From Thermoanaerobaculia bacterium (GTDB taxonomy: Bacteria; Acidobacteriota; Thermoanaerobaculia; UBA5066; Gp7-AA6), in the NCBI GenBank assembly GCA_038203955.1, contig JBBRDK010000007.1:299-64298 (forward strand): DNA of 64,000 bases. Reading direction: 5' to 3'. The notes beneath the pieces were generated by a model. It did not search any database, was not told where the DNA came from, and was given only the letters and a program-made list of their open reading frames with translations. Made by a program: the position numbers and the translations under genes. This document shows positions 7,755-17,900 of this stretch, one piece after another. The first letter of the stretch is position 1; every line of letters starts with the position of its first letter.

Positions 7755-10004
7755 ATGCCACACATGCTCATGATCGTCTTGATGCTCGCCGTCTCCACCG
7801 CGGACGCTTCGATCGAGTTTCGGGGCCAGATCCCTGACGTGGCCCGGCAACTGATCGCCCGGTACCGGGAGGCGGAGCCCGATCGCTACCTCGATAATCT
7901 TTTCCGCTTCCAGATCGCGGCGGGCCGCTACGCGGATGCGCGCCAGTCCCTGGCGGCATTGCAGGCCTTGCGAAAATCATCTGTCAGCACCCTGCCGTAC
8001 GAGGTCTACGCGGCCGCAAAGGCGAGGCAGGTTCGCGAGGTGGCGCCGTTCCCGGAGGCATTCGCCCAGGAGTTCCGGAACATCGTCGGCGCCCTCGACG
8101 ATCGCACCGCCGCCTATGAGGCCCGATGGGCCTTCGGAACACCGCTCCCCGTCCTCGAGAAGGATCTTCGGATTGCGCTGGAGGAGCAGAGAGGCAAGAC
8201 GTCGCTGGCAATGTCCGATGCCGTCGCTCTCGTGAGGAAATTCCTCGGAGCGCAGGTCTATCGGGAGCTCGCACCCCTGATCGACCTGCTGATGGAGGAG
8301 GACGATGGCAGGCGCTACACCGTCGAGAGGGACATCCTGGTCACGACCCCCGATGGCGGTCATGTCTGCGCTCTCGTGGTCCGGCCTCGAGCGGGCGCGT
8401 CTCGTCTTCCGGCGCTGCTGAATTTTACGATCTACTCGGGCGACAGACTGCCCCTGTCCGAAGCTCGCCGGAGCGCGTCCCATGGCTACGCTGGCGTCGA
8501 GGGATTCACTCGAGGCAAGGCCTGCAGTCCCGATCAACCCTGGCCCGCGGAAAGAGACGGCGCGGACGCGGCGGCGGTCGTGGACTGGATCAGCGCTCAG
8601 CCGTGGAGCGACGGACGCGTGGGCATGTACGGCGGGAGTTACGAGGGCTTCACGCAATGGGCCGCCGCCAAACACATGCCGAAGGCACTGAAGGCGCTGA
8701 TGCCCTCCGTGACGTTTGCGCCGGGCATCGACTTTCCGATGGACGGCAACATCTTCATGAACTACGCGTATCCGTGGCCTTTCTATACGACGAACGAAAA
8801 GGGCCTCGACGACGCGACCTATTCCGACGCTCCGAGATGGGACCGCCTGAACCGCGATTGGTATGTCAGCGGCAGGCCCTACCGTGAACTCGAGCGGATC
8901 GACGGCGTGCCAAACCCGATCTTCAAGCGATGGACCGAGCATCCCCTCTACGACGCGTACTGGCGCGCCATGATCCCTTATCGGGGAGACTTTGCGCGCA
9001 TCGACATCCCGGTGCTGACCACGACCGGTTACTACGACGGCGGTCAGATCGGGGCCCTCTACTACTTCCGTGAGCACCACAGGTACAACCCGAAGGCGGA
9101 GCACTATCTCGTCATCGGCCCTTACGATCACATCGGGGGGCAGCGAGGGACCGTCAGTCCGCTTGGCCGGGCGCAGAACGTCCTTCGAAACTACACGCTG
9201 GACGCTGTCGCGCACATCGACATCGGGACGCTTCGCTATCAGTGGTTCGACTACGTCTTCCGCGGCGGGTCGCGCCCGCCGCTCCTCGAGGACAAGGTCA
9301 ACTACCAGGTGATGGGCGCCAACGTCTGGAACCATGCTCCGTCGCTGTCGGCGATGCACGATGGGACTCTGAGATTTCACCTGACTGGCGCGCGGGAAGG
9401 TCCCCGCTACCGGTTGAGCCCGCGCAAACCGGCGAGTCCGGCGTTTGTCGGACAGACGGTCGACCTTGCCGACCGCAGCGACGCGGACCGGATGTCTCGC
9501 GGCGAGATCTTCGATCAGGCGCAGGACGATTGGCCCGTCACCGGCATCGCGCCCGGGATCGGCAACGCCATCGAGTTCGTCAGCGACCCGTTCCCGGCAC
9601 CGATCGAGGTCAGCGGCCTGTTTGCCGGACGGCTCGACGTGACGGCAAACAAGAAAGACTTCGATTTCAGCGTGACGCTCTTCGAGCTGACTCCGGCCGG
9701 TCAGTACATGCAGCTCTCCTACTACTGGTCACGCGCCAGCCACGTGGGCGATCGATCTCATCGCCGGCTGTTGACGCCGGGCAAGCGCGTTGTCCTCCCC
9801 TTCGAGAGCGGCCGGCTGACGAGCCGGCGGTTCGAGGCCGACAGCCGGCTGGTCGTGGTCATCGGGGTGATCAAACAACCCACGGAGCAGATCAACTACG
9901 GCACGGGCAAGGACGTCGGCGATGAATCCGTGGCCGACGCCGGTGATCCACTTCAAATTCGGTGGTACTCGAGCAGCGTCATCGATGTGCCGGTCCGGCG
10001 GTAG
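7755..10004 (+). CDS. CocE/NonD-family serine hydrolase (S15 X-Pro dipeptidyl-peptidase-like) with an N-terminal helical extension
   Basis: 749 aa. Signal-like MLMIVLMLAVSTADA and nucleophile elbow GGSYEGFTQW. Long C-terminal domain as in this family. Confidence 0.75.
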   Translation: MPHMLMIVLMLAVSTADASIEFRGQIPDVARQLIARYREAEPDRYLDNLFRFQIAAGRYADARQSLAALQALRKSSVSTLPYEVYAAAKARQVREVAPFPEAFAQEFRNIVGALDDRTAAYEARWAFGTPLPVLEKDLRIALEEQRGKTSLAMSDAVALVRKFLGAQVYRELAPLIDLLMEEDDGRRYTVERDILVTTPDGGHVCALVVRPRAGASRLPALLNFTIYSGDRLPLSEARRSASHGYAGVEGFTRGKACSPDQPWPAERDGADAAAVVDWISAQPWSDGRVGMYGGSYEGFTQWAAAKHMPKALKALMPSVTFAPGIDFPMDGNIFMNYAYPWPFYTTNEKGLDDATYSDAPRWDRLNRDWYVSGRPYRELERIDGVPNPIFKRWTEHPLYDAYWRAMIPYRGDFARIDIPVLTTTGYYDGGQIGALYYFREHHRYNPKAEHYLVIGPYDHIGGQRGTVSPLGRAQNVLRNYTLDAVAHIDIGTLRYQWFDYVFRGGSRPPLLEDKVNYQVMGANVWNHAPSLSAMHDGTLRFHLTGAREGPRYRLSPRKPASPAFVGQTVDLADRSDADRMSRGEIFDQAQDDWPVTGIAPGIGNAIEFVSDPFPAPIEVSGLFAGRLDVTANKKDFDFSVTLFELTPAGQYMQLSYYWSRASHVGDRSHRRLLTPGKRVVLPFESGRLTSRRFEADSRLVVVIGVIKQPTEQINYGTGKDVGDESVADAGDPLQIRWYSSSVIDVPVRR

Positions 10005-10041
10005 ATTTCCGATTGGCTCGCTTAATGGACCCTTCGCGCGT

Positions 10042-10338
10042 TCAGTCGATGTGGCCGTGCCTCTTCCAGAATTTCCTCACGTAGGCGTCGCGGTCGCCGG
10101 GGCGAAGCCTGAGGAACTCGACGAGCTCGCGTCTCGTCACGAGCGGTCTCGCGAGGTCGAGCCAGTCGCGGTACTTCTTCGGAAGGACGAGGATCGCGTC
10201 TCGGATCTCCTCGTTCGACCAGGCGGGCGCGGGCTCCGGCGGCTCGTCGGGCGCCGCGGACGGAGCTTCGCCGGGGGACGTCCGCGAATCTTCGGCGGAC
10301 AGCGCCCGCTCATCCTTCGCGGCCGAGATGAAGGCAGG
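10042..10338 (-). other. 98-codon coding-like frame with no ATG/GTG/TTG start, in frame with and directly after the TAG stop of the Rieske gene
   Basis: Hand translation after TAG(10339-10341): PAFISAAKDERALSAEDSRTSPGEAPSAAPDEPPEPAPAWSNEEIRDAILVLPKKYRDWLDLARPLVTRRELVEFLRLRPGDRDAYVRKFWKRHGHID, ending at TGA (10042-10044). Third codon positions are G/C-rich like the real genes. The only canonical start is a GTG, which would give a 32-aa product. Confidence 0.5.
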
Positions 10339-11239
10339 CTACGACCCGGAGCGGGCGAGCCGCAACTCGATCTGGCCGTCGCGGACCCGGGTCTGGAAAC
10401 GGGGCTGCGGGAATGCGGACGGTCCGGCCACGACGTCGCCGGTCACGAGCTCGAAGGTCGATCCGTGCCAGGGGCAGACGACGCAGTCGCCTTCCAGCCT
10501 GCCCTCGGAAAGCGGTCCGCCCAGATGCGCGCAGGTTTCGGCGAGCGCGTGGAGCCGGCCGCCGCGGCGGACGAGGAGCAGCGGCGTGCCTTTGTAGAGA
10601 ACGCGTTTCAGTTCGCCCTCCAAAAGCTCGCCGTCGGAAAGGACCGCGACGAAATCCTCCGGCATCTCGCGGCCCGCGGTGTGGTCGACGCCAATCTGCT
10701 CGTGCGAGACGAGCTCGCCGCCCAGGAATCCGGCGGCGGCCACGAGAAAAAGGCCGCCGAGTGCGAGTCCGCGGCCCGTCCCCCGGCGCCCGCGGGAACG
10801 CGAGAAGAGAGACGCCGCAAACAGGAGGGTCCCGGTGGAATTGAGCAAGGCGTGGGCGGCGCCGATCCGGCGAGGCCGTCCGTCCGTCTCCGACCAGTCC
10901 GTCAGGCCCGTGACGGCCGAGCCGATGGCGCCGGCGAGTCCCAGGGCGACCGTGGCGTCCGCCGCGCGGTGAAGCCCGCGCCGATCCCGTCCGCCGTCGA
11001 GGGCGTCGAGCAGCACGGTCGCGGTCCAGGCGCCGATCGGGATGTCGGTCAGAACAGGATGCAGGGGATGGCCGAGCCATGTGCCGTGCAGCGCGTTCTT
11101 CACGACCCGCCGGGCGGGCCCGAGGCCGTCAAAAAACCCGCGGACGGCGGGCTGGAGCGCGTCCGAAACGCCGTCGAGCCAGGTCTGGTCGCCGACCGCG
11201 CGGTACACATCTTTGAGGATCAAGGCCACCCCCGTGTTT
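10339..11239 (-). CDS. Membrane DUF2231-like domain fused to a Rieske [2Fe-2S] domain
   Basis: The track start (11523) overlaps the kinase gene. The first starts after the kinase stop are GTG 11239 and TTG 11233. TM-rich N-half (HPLHPVLTDIPIGAW) followed by Rieske motifs CAHLGGPL and CPWHGSTF. Confidence 0.75.
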
Positions 11240-11308
11240 TGGAAACCCCATGCGAAAGCGGAACAGGAGCCGGAGTGCGCCCCTCCCTCACGTCGAAGCT
11301 TTTGCGCA

Positions 11309-12589
11309 TCACGCGGCCGGCAACTTGCGGGGAACCGTGAAGCTGAATGTGCTTCCCTCGCCCTCCCGGCTCTCCGCCCGGATCGCTCCGCCGTGCGCTT
11401 CCACGATGGACCTGGAAATGTAGAGGCCGAGACCCATGCCTCGGCGATCATTCTTTCCGACCTGCCAGAACCGCTCGAAAATCGCCTCCAGCATGCCGGC
11501 TGGTATCCCGGAGCCGGTGTCACTGACCCAGACGCGGATCCCGTCCTCGGAGCGTTCGGCCCCGACCCGGATTTTGCCGCCCGGAGAGGTGAACTTCATC
11601 GCGTTCGCGACGAGGTTGGCGAGCACCTGGAGCATCCGATCGTGATCGAACTCCGTTACGAGCGGGCCCTCGGCGATCTCCGTCCGCAGGGACAGGCCCT
11701 TCGCGGCCGCGGAGGCGTGAAAAGTATCCAGGGCCTCGGCGATCAGCGCCCCCCAATCGCCGGAAACCGGAGCAATGGCGAGCTTTCCGGCATCGAGAGT
11801 CGCCACATCCATCAGGTCTCCGATAAGGCGGTTCATGCGCGCCGCATACCGTTGAATGCGCGTGGTCTGACCGAGAGTCTGCTGACGATCGTTCCCGGTC
11901 TCGGTGCGCGACAGTTGCTCCGCGCTCATCACGATTCCATTGAGGAGATTTCGCAGGTCATGGCTGACGATCCCCAGGAAATCGTCACGATGCGAGAGCG
12001 CCTCGTCCGAACGAGTCCGCTCGGTCAGCAGGGAGCGGTCGGTCTTATCTCTCTCGAACGGCGCCATCATCGACAGGGCGCGGACACTCTCCTCGCGTTC
12101 GCGCTCGATTCTCGCATCCGCGGACGCCCGTTCATCGCGCAGAGCCTCATCCTCGATCGCGCGTCCTTCGGCGAGGGCCGCGATGGTAGCGGCCCGGGGA
12201 AGCGCTTCCTCCAACAGCTGGTCCGCCCTGTCGCGCGCCGCGCTCAGGACGTCGTCCGCTTGCTTTCGCGCGCGGTGAATTACCGCGTTGGCATCCAGTT
12301 CGACGGCCGCCTGCCGCTGCGCCAGCGCCTGGTCCGCTCTTTCGCGCTCGGTCCGAAGGCTCTCGTCCGTCTTTTCGCGCACGAGTTCGGGGATCTTGCC
12401 GTTCAGGGCCATACCCGCACTGTAGCGCCTCGCCTCGATGGAAAGGGTGCTGACTTCTTCACGATTCGCCCTCGCAGAGCGGAGAGCTTCGAAAGTGGTA
12501 CAGCCGGTGGGACGTCCCTGAATGGTTGGGGCCCTTCGATAGAGCTCCAAGATGTCGGAAGATTCGTTGAAGCACGGGATTTTCACCAA
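11309..12589 (-). CDS. Sensor histidine kinase with a soluble coiled-coil N-terminal half
   Basis: H-box FLGIVSHDLRNLLNG and ATPase boxes LANLVANAMKFT, VSDTGSGIP, GMGLGLYISRSIV. The N-half carries two copies of KTDxSLxTERxRxDxAL. The start could be the internal Met at residue 60. Confidence 0.85.
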   Translation of the reverse strand: MVKIPCFNESSDILELYRRAPTIQGRPTGCTTFEALRSARANREEVSTLSIEARRYSAGMALNGKIPELVREKTDESLRTERERADQALAQRQAAVELDANAVIHRARKQADDVLSAARDRADQLLEEALPRAATIAALAEGRAIEDEALRDERASADARIEREREESVRALSMMAPFERDKTDRSLLTERTRSDEALSHRDDFLGIVSHDLRNLLNGIVMSAEQLSRTETGNDRQQTLGQTTRIQRYAARMNRLIGDLMDVATLDAGKLAIAPVSGDWGALIAEALDTFHASAAAKGLSLRTEIAEGPLVTEFDHDRMLQVLANLVANAMKFTSPGGKIRVGAERSEDGIRVWVSDTGSGIPAGMLEAIFERFWQVGKNDRRGMGLGLYISRSIVEAHGGAIRAESREGEGSTFSFTVPRKLPAA

Positions 12590-12634
12590 CGCACGCCGCG
12601 TACCGGCCGGGCCCGAGGACCGCGCGGCGCCGGT

Positions 12635-13882
12635 CTACGGCCTGACGAGAACGACCGCGCGGTTTCTAGGGACGAGGTAGCGGCGCGCCACCCGCCGCAC
12701 GTCGGCACCGGTGACGGCGAGAAGGCGGGGAAGCTCCCCGTCGATGCGCTTCGGATCGTTGAAGTAGGTGACGAACCGGGAAAGCGCGTTCGCGACGTCG
12801 AGGGGCGTCCTGCGACTCTCGGCCGCGGCGCGTCTCTCGGAATCGCGAGCCGATTGAAGCTCGGCGGGCGTGATCGGCTCCTCGCAGAGGCGGGCGAGCT
12901 CGCGGTCCAGGACCTGCTCGACGGGGGCGGGATCGGCGTTTCGCCCCGGAAGGTCGATCCGCATCCGCAGAAGGGATGGCGCCCGGTTCTCCGTCATGCC
13001 TTCGAGGAACCGCGCCGCGAGTCCCGTTCGAACGAGGGCGCGCTGCATCCTCGAGGCCTCGCCGTTTCCGAGGACGTCGGCGAGGACGTTCAGGGCGTAC
13101 CAGTCCGGGTGATCCGCCGGAACCGTGACGTAGTTGACGTGAATCCGCGGCGCCTGAAGACTCCCGTCGCGCAGATCCAACCGGCGCTCGGCGGACGGCG
13201 GCCGCGCGGCGACGGCGATCGGAGGGGGCAAAGGCCGCCGGGGAAGACTCGAGAAGACCGTCCGCGTCATCTGCTGCGCCGTTTCCGCGTCGAATTTTCC
13301 CGCGATCGCGATCGCGAGCGTGTTCGGCGCGTAATGGCGGCAGAAGAACGTTCCGATCTCGCCGCGGTCCGGCCCCGCGCCCGCCGGCGGGTGGGCATAG
13401 GAGAAAGATTTGTATGACAGGCGCAGGAGCGCCAGGTCCGTTTCCGAAGCCGCCGGCGCAGGATCCGCTGGCGGCGCGGCGAGCTCCGCCGCTCCTTCCC
13501 GGCACGCCAGACGCATGACGGCGGCCAGAGTCTCCAGAGCGCGGGGCAGATCCGCCGGGGCCATGCTTCCGGACAGGACGGCCCTCTCCTGATTGACGGA
13601 CGCTTCGAACCCCGGAAGCCGCGCCGCGACGGCCCTCGCCGTCCTGCCGGCGGATCCGAGCGCCGCGGGCGTCTCGTTGCGCGACCCGGCGTCGAACGAG
13701 CCGCTGACCGCGACCGCGGACGCGGCGGCATCCGGCGCGAGCGCGATCCGGAGGCCGTTTGCGAGCCGCTCCTCGTGCAGGGCCGTCGCGGCGGCCGCCG
13801 CGCCGGCGGCGAGCCAGAGGCAGGTGAGAACGGCGAGGCCCCGTCTTGCCGCGCGGCGTGTCATCGCGAGAGAGGATCGCAC
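12635..13882 (-). CDS. M16 (pitrilysin) family peptidase-like protein, probably non-catalytic
   Basis: 415 aa with a signal peptide. N-terminal LANGLRIALAPD...AVSGSFDAGSRNE resembles M16, but I see no HxxEH zinc motif. Confidence 0.6.
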   Translation of the reverse strand: MRSSLAMTRRAARRGLAVLTCLWLAAGAAAAATALHEERLANGLRIALAPDAAASAVAVSGSFDAGSRNETPAALGSAGRTARAVAARLPGFEASVNQERAVLSGSMAPADLPRALETLAAVMRLACREGAAELAAPPADPAPAASETDLALLRLSYKSFSYAHPPAGAGPDRGEIGTFFCRHYAPNTLAIAIAGKFDAETAQQMTRTVFSSLPRRPLPPPIAVAARPPSAERRLDLRDGSLQAPRIHVNYVTVPADHPDWYALNVLADVLGNGEASRMQRALVRTGLAARFLEGMTENRAPSLLRMRIDLPGRNADPAPVEQVLDRELARLCEEPITPAELQSARDSERRAAAESRRTPLDVANALSRFVTYFNDPKRIDGELPRLLAVTGADVRRVARRYLVPRNRAVVLVRP

Positions 13883-13989
13883 GGGGAAGACTCGGGTCGG
13901 CCCCGCCGCGAAATTCAGTTCCGGGATGACCCGAAGGGACGAAGCGAAGACAGAAGACAGCGGCCCGGCGGCGACCGGCTACGGAGGGC

Positions 13990-14190
13990 TCAGGCGCGCC
14001 CGCTCACCCGCGCGCCCGACTCGGACGACTCGACGGAGCGCGGCTCGGCGGCCCAGCGGCCCTCCTTGTTCTTCCAGGCCCACACGGCGTGGCCGTGCCC
14101 GCAATAGGCCGCCTGCTTCCTGGCGGAGAGCTTCGCCGACAGAATGACGTGGCTGGCGCATCCCGAGTAACAGCATCCGAGCGATGTCAT
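13990..14190 (-). CDS. Small Cys/His-rich hypothetical protein (zinc-ribbon-like)
   Basis: 66 aa, MTSLGCCYSGCASHVILSAKLSARKQAAYCGHGHAVWAWKNKE... GGAGG lies 5 nt upstream of the ATG. Divergent from the HNH gene. Confidence 0.45.
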   Translation of the reverse strand: MTSLGCCYSGCASHVILSAKLSARKQAAYCGHGHAVWAWKNKEGRWAAEPRSVESSESGARVSGRA

Positions 14191-14252
14191 AGGACCTCCG
14201 TCTGACCGCGATACCCGGGAGCGAGATTGTCACGCGGGAGCGTCGCGATGTT

Positions 14253-14879
14253 GTGCGGAGCCGTACAAGCGTATTCTGGCGGGACCGAGTGAAGCCGCAC
14301 TTCGCGCGCGCGTTGAGAGGTTCGGACCGCCCCTCCCGGCGGGATGGGAGCGGAAACGCGCTCTGCCGGGAATGCGGCAGTTCCGTGCGCCGGCCCCGGC
14401 GCACTTTCTGCTCGAAGGCCTGCGTCGACGCCCTGCTCGTCCGCACGTCGCCGTCCGCCGCACGGGACCGCGTGTTCGAGCGCGACCGCGGCCGCTGCGC
14501 GCGATGCGGACTCGATACCGAGGCCCTCAAGAGGAAGCTCGCTGCGATGCGTCGCAGGAATCCGGTTCCCGAAGCCCTCGAGGAGGCCCGCCGCCTTTCG
14601 ACGGGGTTCGAGCGCGCGGTCTTTCTTCGCGCGCGCCGTCCCTGGATCGCCATCCGCCGCGCTCTCTGGGAGGCGGATCACGTCGTGCCGGTCGTCGAGG
14701 GCGGCGGCGGATGCGGCCTGGATAACCTGCGCACGCTGTGCATTCCCTGTCACCACGCGGAGACGCGCGATCTCGCGCGCCGCCGCGCGGCCGCGAGGCG
14801 GGAGGCGGGAAGGACCGAGGGGCCGGGAGCCGAGCGACCAACGGGAGCGAGACGGCCGCGGTACTCCGCGGTCAACTAG
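14253..14879 (+). CDS. HNH endonuclease with an N-terminal CxxC...FCSxxC zinc ribbon
   Basis: RDRGRCARCG...WEADHVVPVVEGGGG...LDNLRTLCIPCHHAET. The last ~30 codons and the stop are encoded by the GAGGCGG units plus the 56-nt element. The exact start is uncertain. Confidence 0.75.
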   Translation: MRSRTSVFWRDRVKPHFARALRGSDRPSRRDGSGNALCRECGSSVRRPRRTFCSKACVDALLVRTSPSAARDRVFERDRGRCARCGLDTEALKRKLAAMRRRNPVPEALEEARRLSTGFERAVFLRARRPWIAIRRALWEADHVVPVVEGGGGCGLDNLRTLCIPCHHAETRDLARRRAAARREAGRTEGPGAERPTGARRPRYSAVN

Positions 14880-14880
14880 A
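14825..14880 (+). repeat. Conserved 56-nt element, copy 1
   Basis: gggagccgagcgaccaacgggagcgagacggccgcggtactccgcggtcaactaga. Differs at 1-2 positions from the copies at 50537-50592 and 58723-58778. Internal 8-bp hairpin GGCCGCGG-tact-CCGCGGTC. Preceded by GAGGCGG x2 (14795-14808). Confidence 0.9.
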
Positions 14881-14973
14881 ACGGTAATCGGTGCCGGGAG
14901 GTTCGCCGTCCGTCTCCCTCCCGCCCAGCGCCTCTTGAGCCCCTGATACCCTTGCGCGGCCGTCCCGGCACGC

Positions 14974-17900
14974 ATGAGCATTTCGGAACGCCTCTCGAAC
15001 CGTCCGCAGGCCCTCTTTCTTCTTCTTCTGGTGCTCTGTGCGGCGGGCGTCTGGTACGCGACCCGCCTTCCTTCCGCCATCTTTCCGACGGTGACCTTTC
15101 CCCGCGTCAAGGTGATCGCGGAAGGGGCGGAGGAGCCCGCCGCCCAGATGATTCCCGCCGTGACGCGACCGCTCGAGGAGGGAATTCTGAGGGTGCCGGG
15201 CATCGTGCGCGTGGTGTCCACGTCGACCCGGGGCTCGGTCGAGATCAGCGGCGAGTTTGCGTGGGGCACCGACATGCAGCTCGCGCTCCAGCGGGTGCAG
15301 GCCGAGATCGCGCGCGTGCGGCCGGATCTCCCTTCCGACACGCGGATCGATGCCGAGTGGATGAACACCGCCGTCTTCCCCATTCTGGGGTATGCCCTGA
15401 CCTCGGACACGCTCTCTCCGGCGGCCCTGCGGGAGCTGGCGGATTTCCAGCTGCGTCCCGCGCTCATCCAGATCCCGGGCGTTTCGCAGGTCCAGGTGCA
15501 GGGCGGTGCCGTCCGGGAGTTTCAGGTTCGCCTGGATCCGGAACGGCTCGGCGCGCGGCGGCTGTCGGCGAGCGATGTGGTCGACGCGATCCGGAAGAAC
15601 AACGTGCTGGTCTCGGCGGGGCTCGTCGAATCCAACCACGAGCTCTATCTCTCGCTCGTCACGGGAAAGCCCGCCGGAATCGCCGAGCTCGGCCGCATCG
15701 CGGTTGCCTCCCCCAGGGGCGGCGTCGCGGCGCCTCTCTCCCAGCTCGGCGAAGTCGTTGCCGCCGACGCCGTGTCTTACGTCCGCACGACAGCCGAGCG
15801 CCGGCCGGCCGTCCTCGTGAACATCGTCCGCCAGCCCGACGCGAGCACTCTCGCCATCGCGACGGGGGTGGAATCTCTTTTGAAGCAACACCCGGACCTC
15901 CTGCCAAAAGGGGCGCGCTGGTCCACGTTCTACGATCAGGCGGAGTTCATCCGGCATTCGGTCCGCGGGGTCCGGGACGCGATTCTGATCGGTGTGGCTC
16001 TTGCCGCGATCATTCTCTTTCTCTACCTTAGGAACTTCCGGATCACCGCCATCGCGGTCGCGACTATTCCGGTGACCGTGGCGATCGTTCTCCTCGCGCT
16101 CGGAGTCTCCGGCCAGACCATCAACCTCATGACGCTCGGCGGGATCGCGGCGGCGATCGGGCTCGTCGTGGACGACGCGATCGTCGTGGTCGAGAACATC
16201 GCACGGCACGCGGAGGAGCGCGTCTCTGCGAATCCCGTCCGGTCGGGGCTCGCGGAGGTGCTTCCGCCGCTAACAGGCTCGAGCCTCTCCACGGTCATCA
16301 TCTTCTTCCCCTTCGCGCTGCTCTCCGGCGTGGCCGGCGCGTTCTTCAAGCCGCTGGCCTTCACGATGGCGGTGGCGCTCGCCGTGTCCTATTTCCTCTC
16401 CGGGCTCGCCGTGCCGGCGGCGGCGGAGAAGCTGCGCGTCGCGTCCAGGGTCCGGGCGAAGAAGGAAAAAAAGCCTCCGCGGATCGCCCGCTTTTTCATC
16501 CGCCATCCTTCGATCGCGATCGCGGTGACCCTGGTCCTGCTCGGAGGCGGCTGGCTTCTCTACGGCGTAATCGGCTCGGATTTCCTGCCCGGCATGGACG
16601 AGGGCTCGATCATCCTCGACTACTGGACGCCGGCTGGAACGTCGCTCACGGACACCGACCAGATGCTCAATCAGGTCGAGAAGATCATCGTTTCGCTTCA
16701 CGACGTCGCCGGCTATTCCCGCCGGACCGGTGAGCAACTCGGCTTCTTCATCACGGAGCCGAACCGGGGCGACTACGTGATCCGTCTGAAGCCGAAGGGG
16801 GGAAGGCGCGGTGTCGAGGAGGTGATCGACGATCTCCGCGGGAGAATCTCCGCCGCGCAGCCGGCCGTGCACATCGATTTCGGGCAGCTGCTCGAGGACA
16901 ACATCGGCGACCTCGCCGGCGGCGTTCCCCAGCCGATCGACATCAAGCTCTACGGAGAGGACCAGACGGCTCTGCAGGATCGGGCCAGGGCCGCCGCGGC
17001 GATCCTGCAGACGGTCACCGGGGTCGAGGACGTTTTCGACGGCGTGACCGTCGCGGGACCGAAGGTGACGGTGCGCGTCATTCCCGAGGCTCTCCCGCGG
17101 TTCGGCGTCACCGCCGAGCGCCTGCACAACGAGGTCGAACCCGCCCTCGGAGGCACGCTGGCGGGGAACCTGCGGATCCGAGAGCGTCTCTACGACATCC
17201 GCGTGTTTTCCCGCCGGACCTCCGATGTCTCGCGGCTTTCCCTCCTGCCGATCCAGACCGGGTCCGGCGCTCTCGTGCCCCTCTCGCAGCTCGCGACGAT
17301 CTCGACGGGATCTCCGGAAGTCGAGATTCAGCGCGAGAATCTCCGCACGTATCTGGGCGTCACCGCGCGGCTGTCCGGCCGCAGCCTCGGAAGCGCGATG
17401 AGCGAGATCCAGCGGAAGCTGTCGCGGAGCCTGAACCTTCCGGCGGGAATGTCGCTCGGATACGGAGGCCTGTACGAACAGCAGCAGAGCTCCTTCAAGG
17501 GTCTGCTGGGCGTGCTCTTCGGCGGCCTGCTCCTCGTCGCCGTGGTCCTGCTGTTCGAGTTCGGCGACTGGCGTGCGCCGCTGCTGACGGTCATCATGGC
17601 GCTCACCGTTCTGACGAGCGTTCTCGGGTCGCTGATCGTGACCGGGATGACCCTCAACATCTCGAGCTTCGTGGGCGCGATCATGATGGTCGGTATCGTG
17701 GGGGAGAAGGCCGTGTTCCTGATACACGACGCGCGCGAGGAGCTGCGCAACGGAGTGCCCGTCGCCGACGCGTGGGCGGAGGCGTCGCGCAAGCGCGTCC
17801 GGGCGGTCATGATGACCATTTTCTCGACGGCCTTCGCCCTCGCGCCGCTCGCCATCGCGCTCGGGGAGGGCTCTCAGCTCCAGCAGCCGCTCGCGATCGC

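Noticed and set aside
13979-14653. 224-aa and 426-aa minus-strand ORFs over the HNH region (13979..14653, 14187..15467)
   Set aside because: They are antisense to the HNH and RND genes and have an Arg/Ser/Ala-rich composition.
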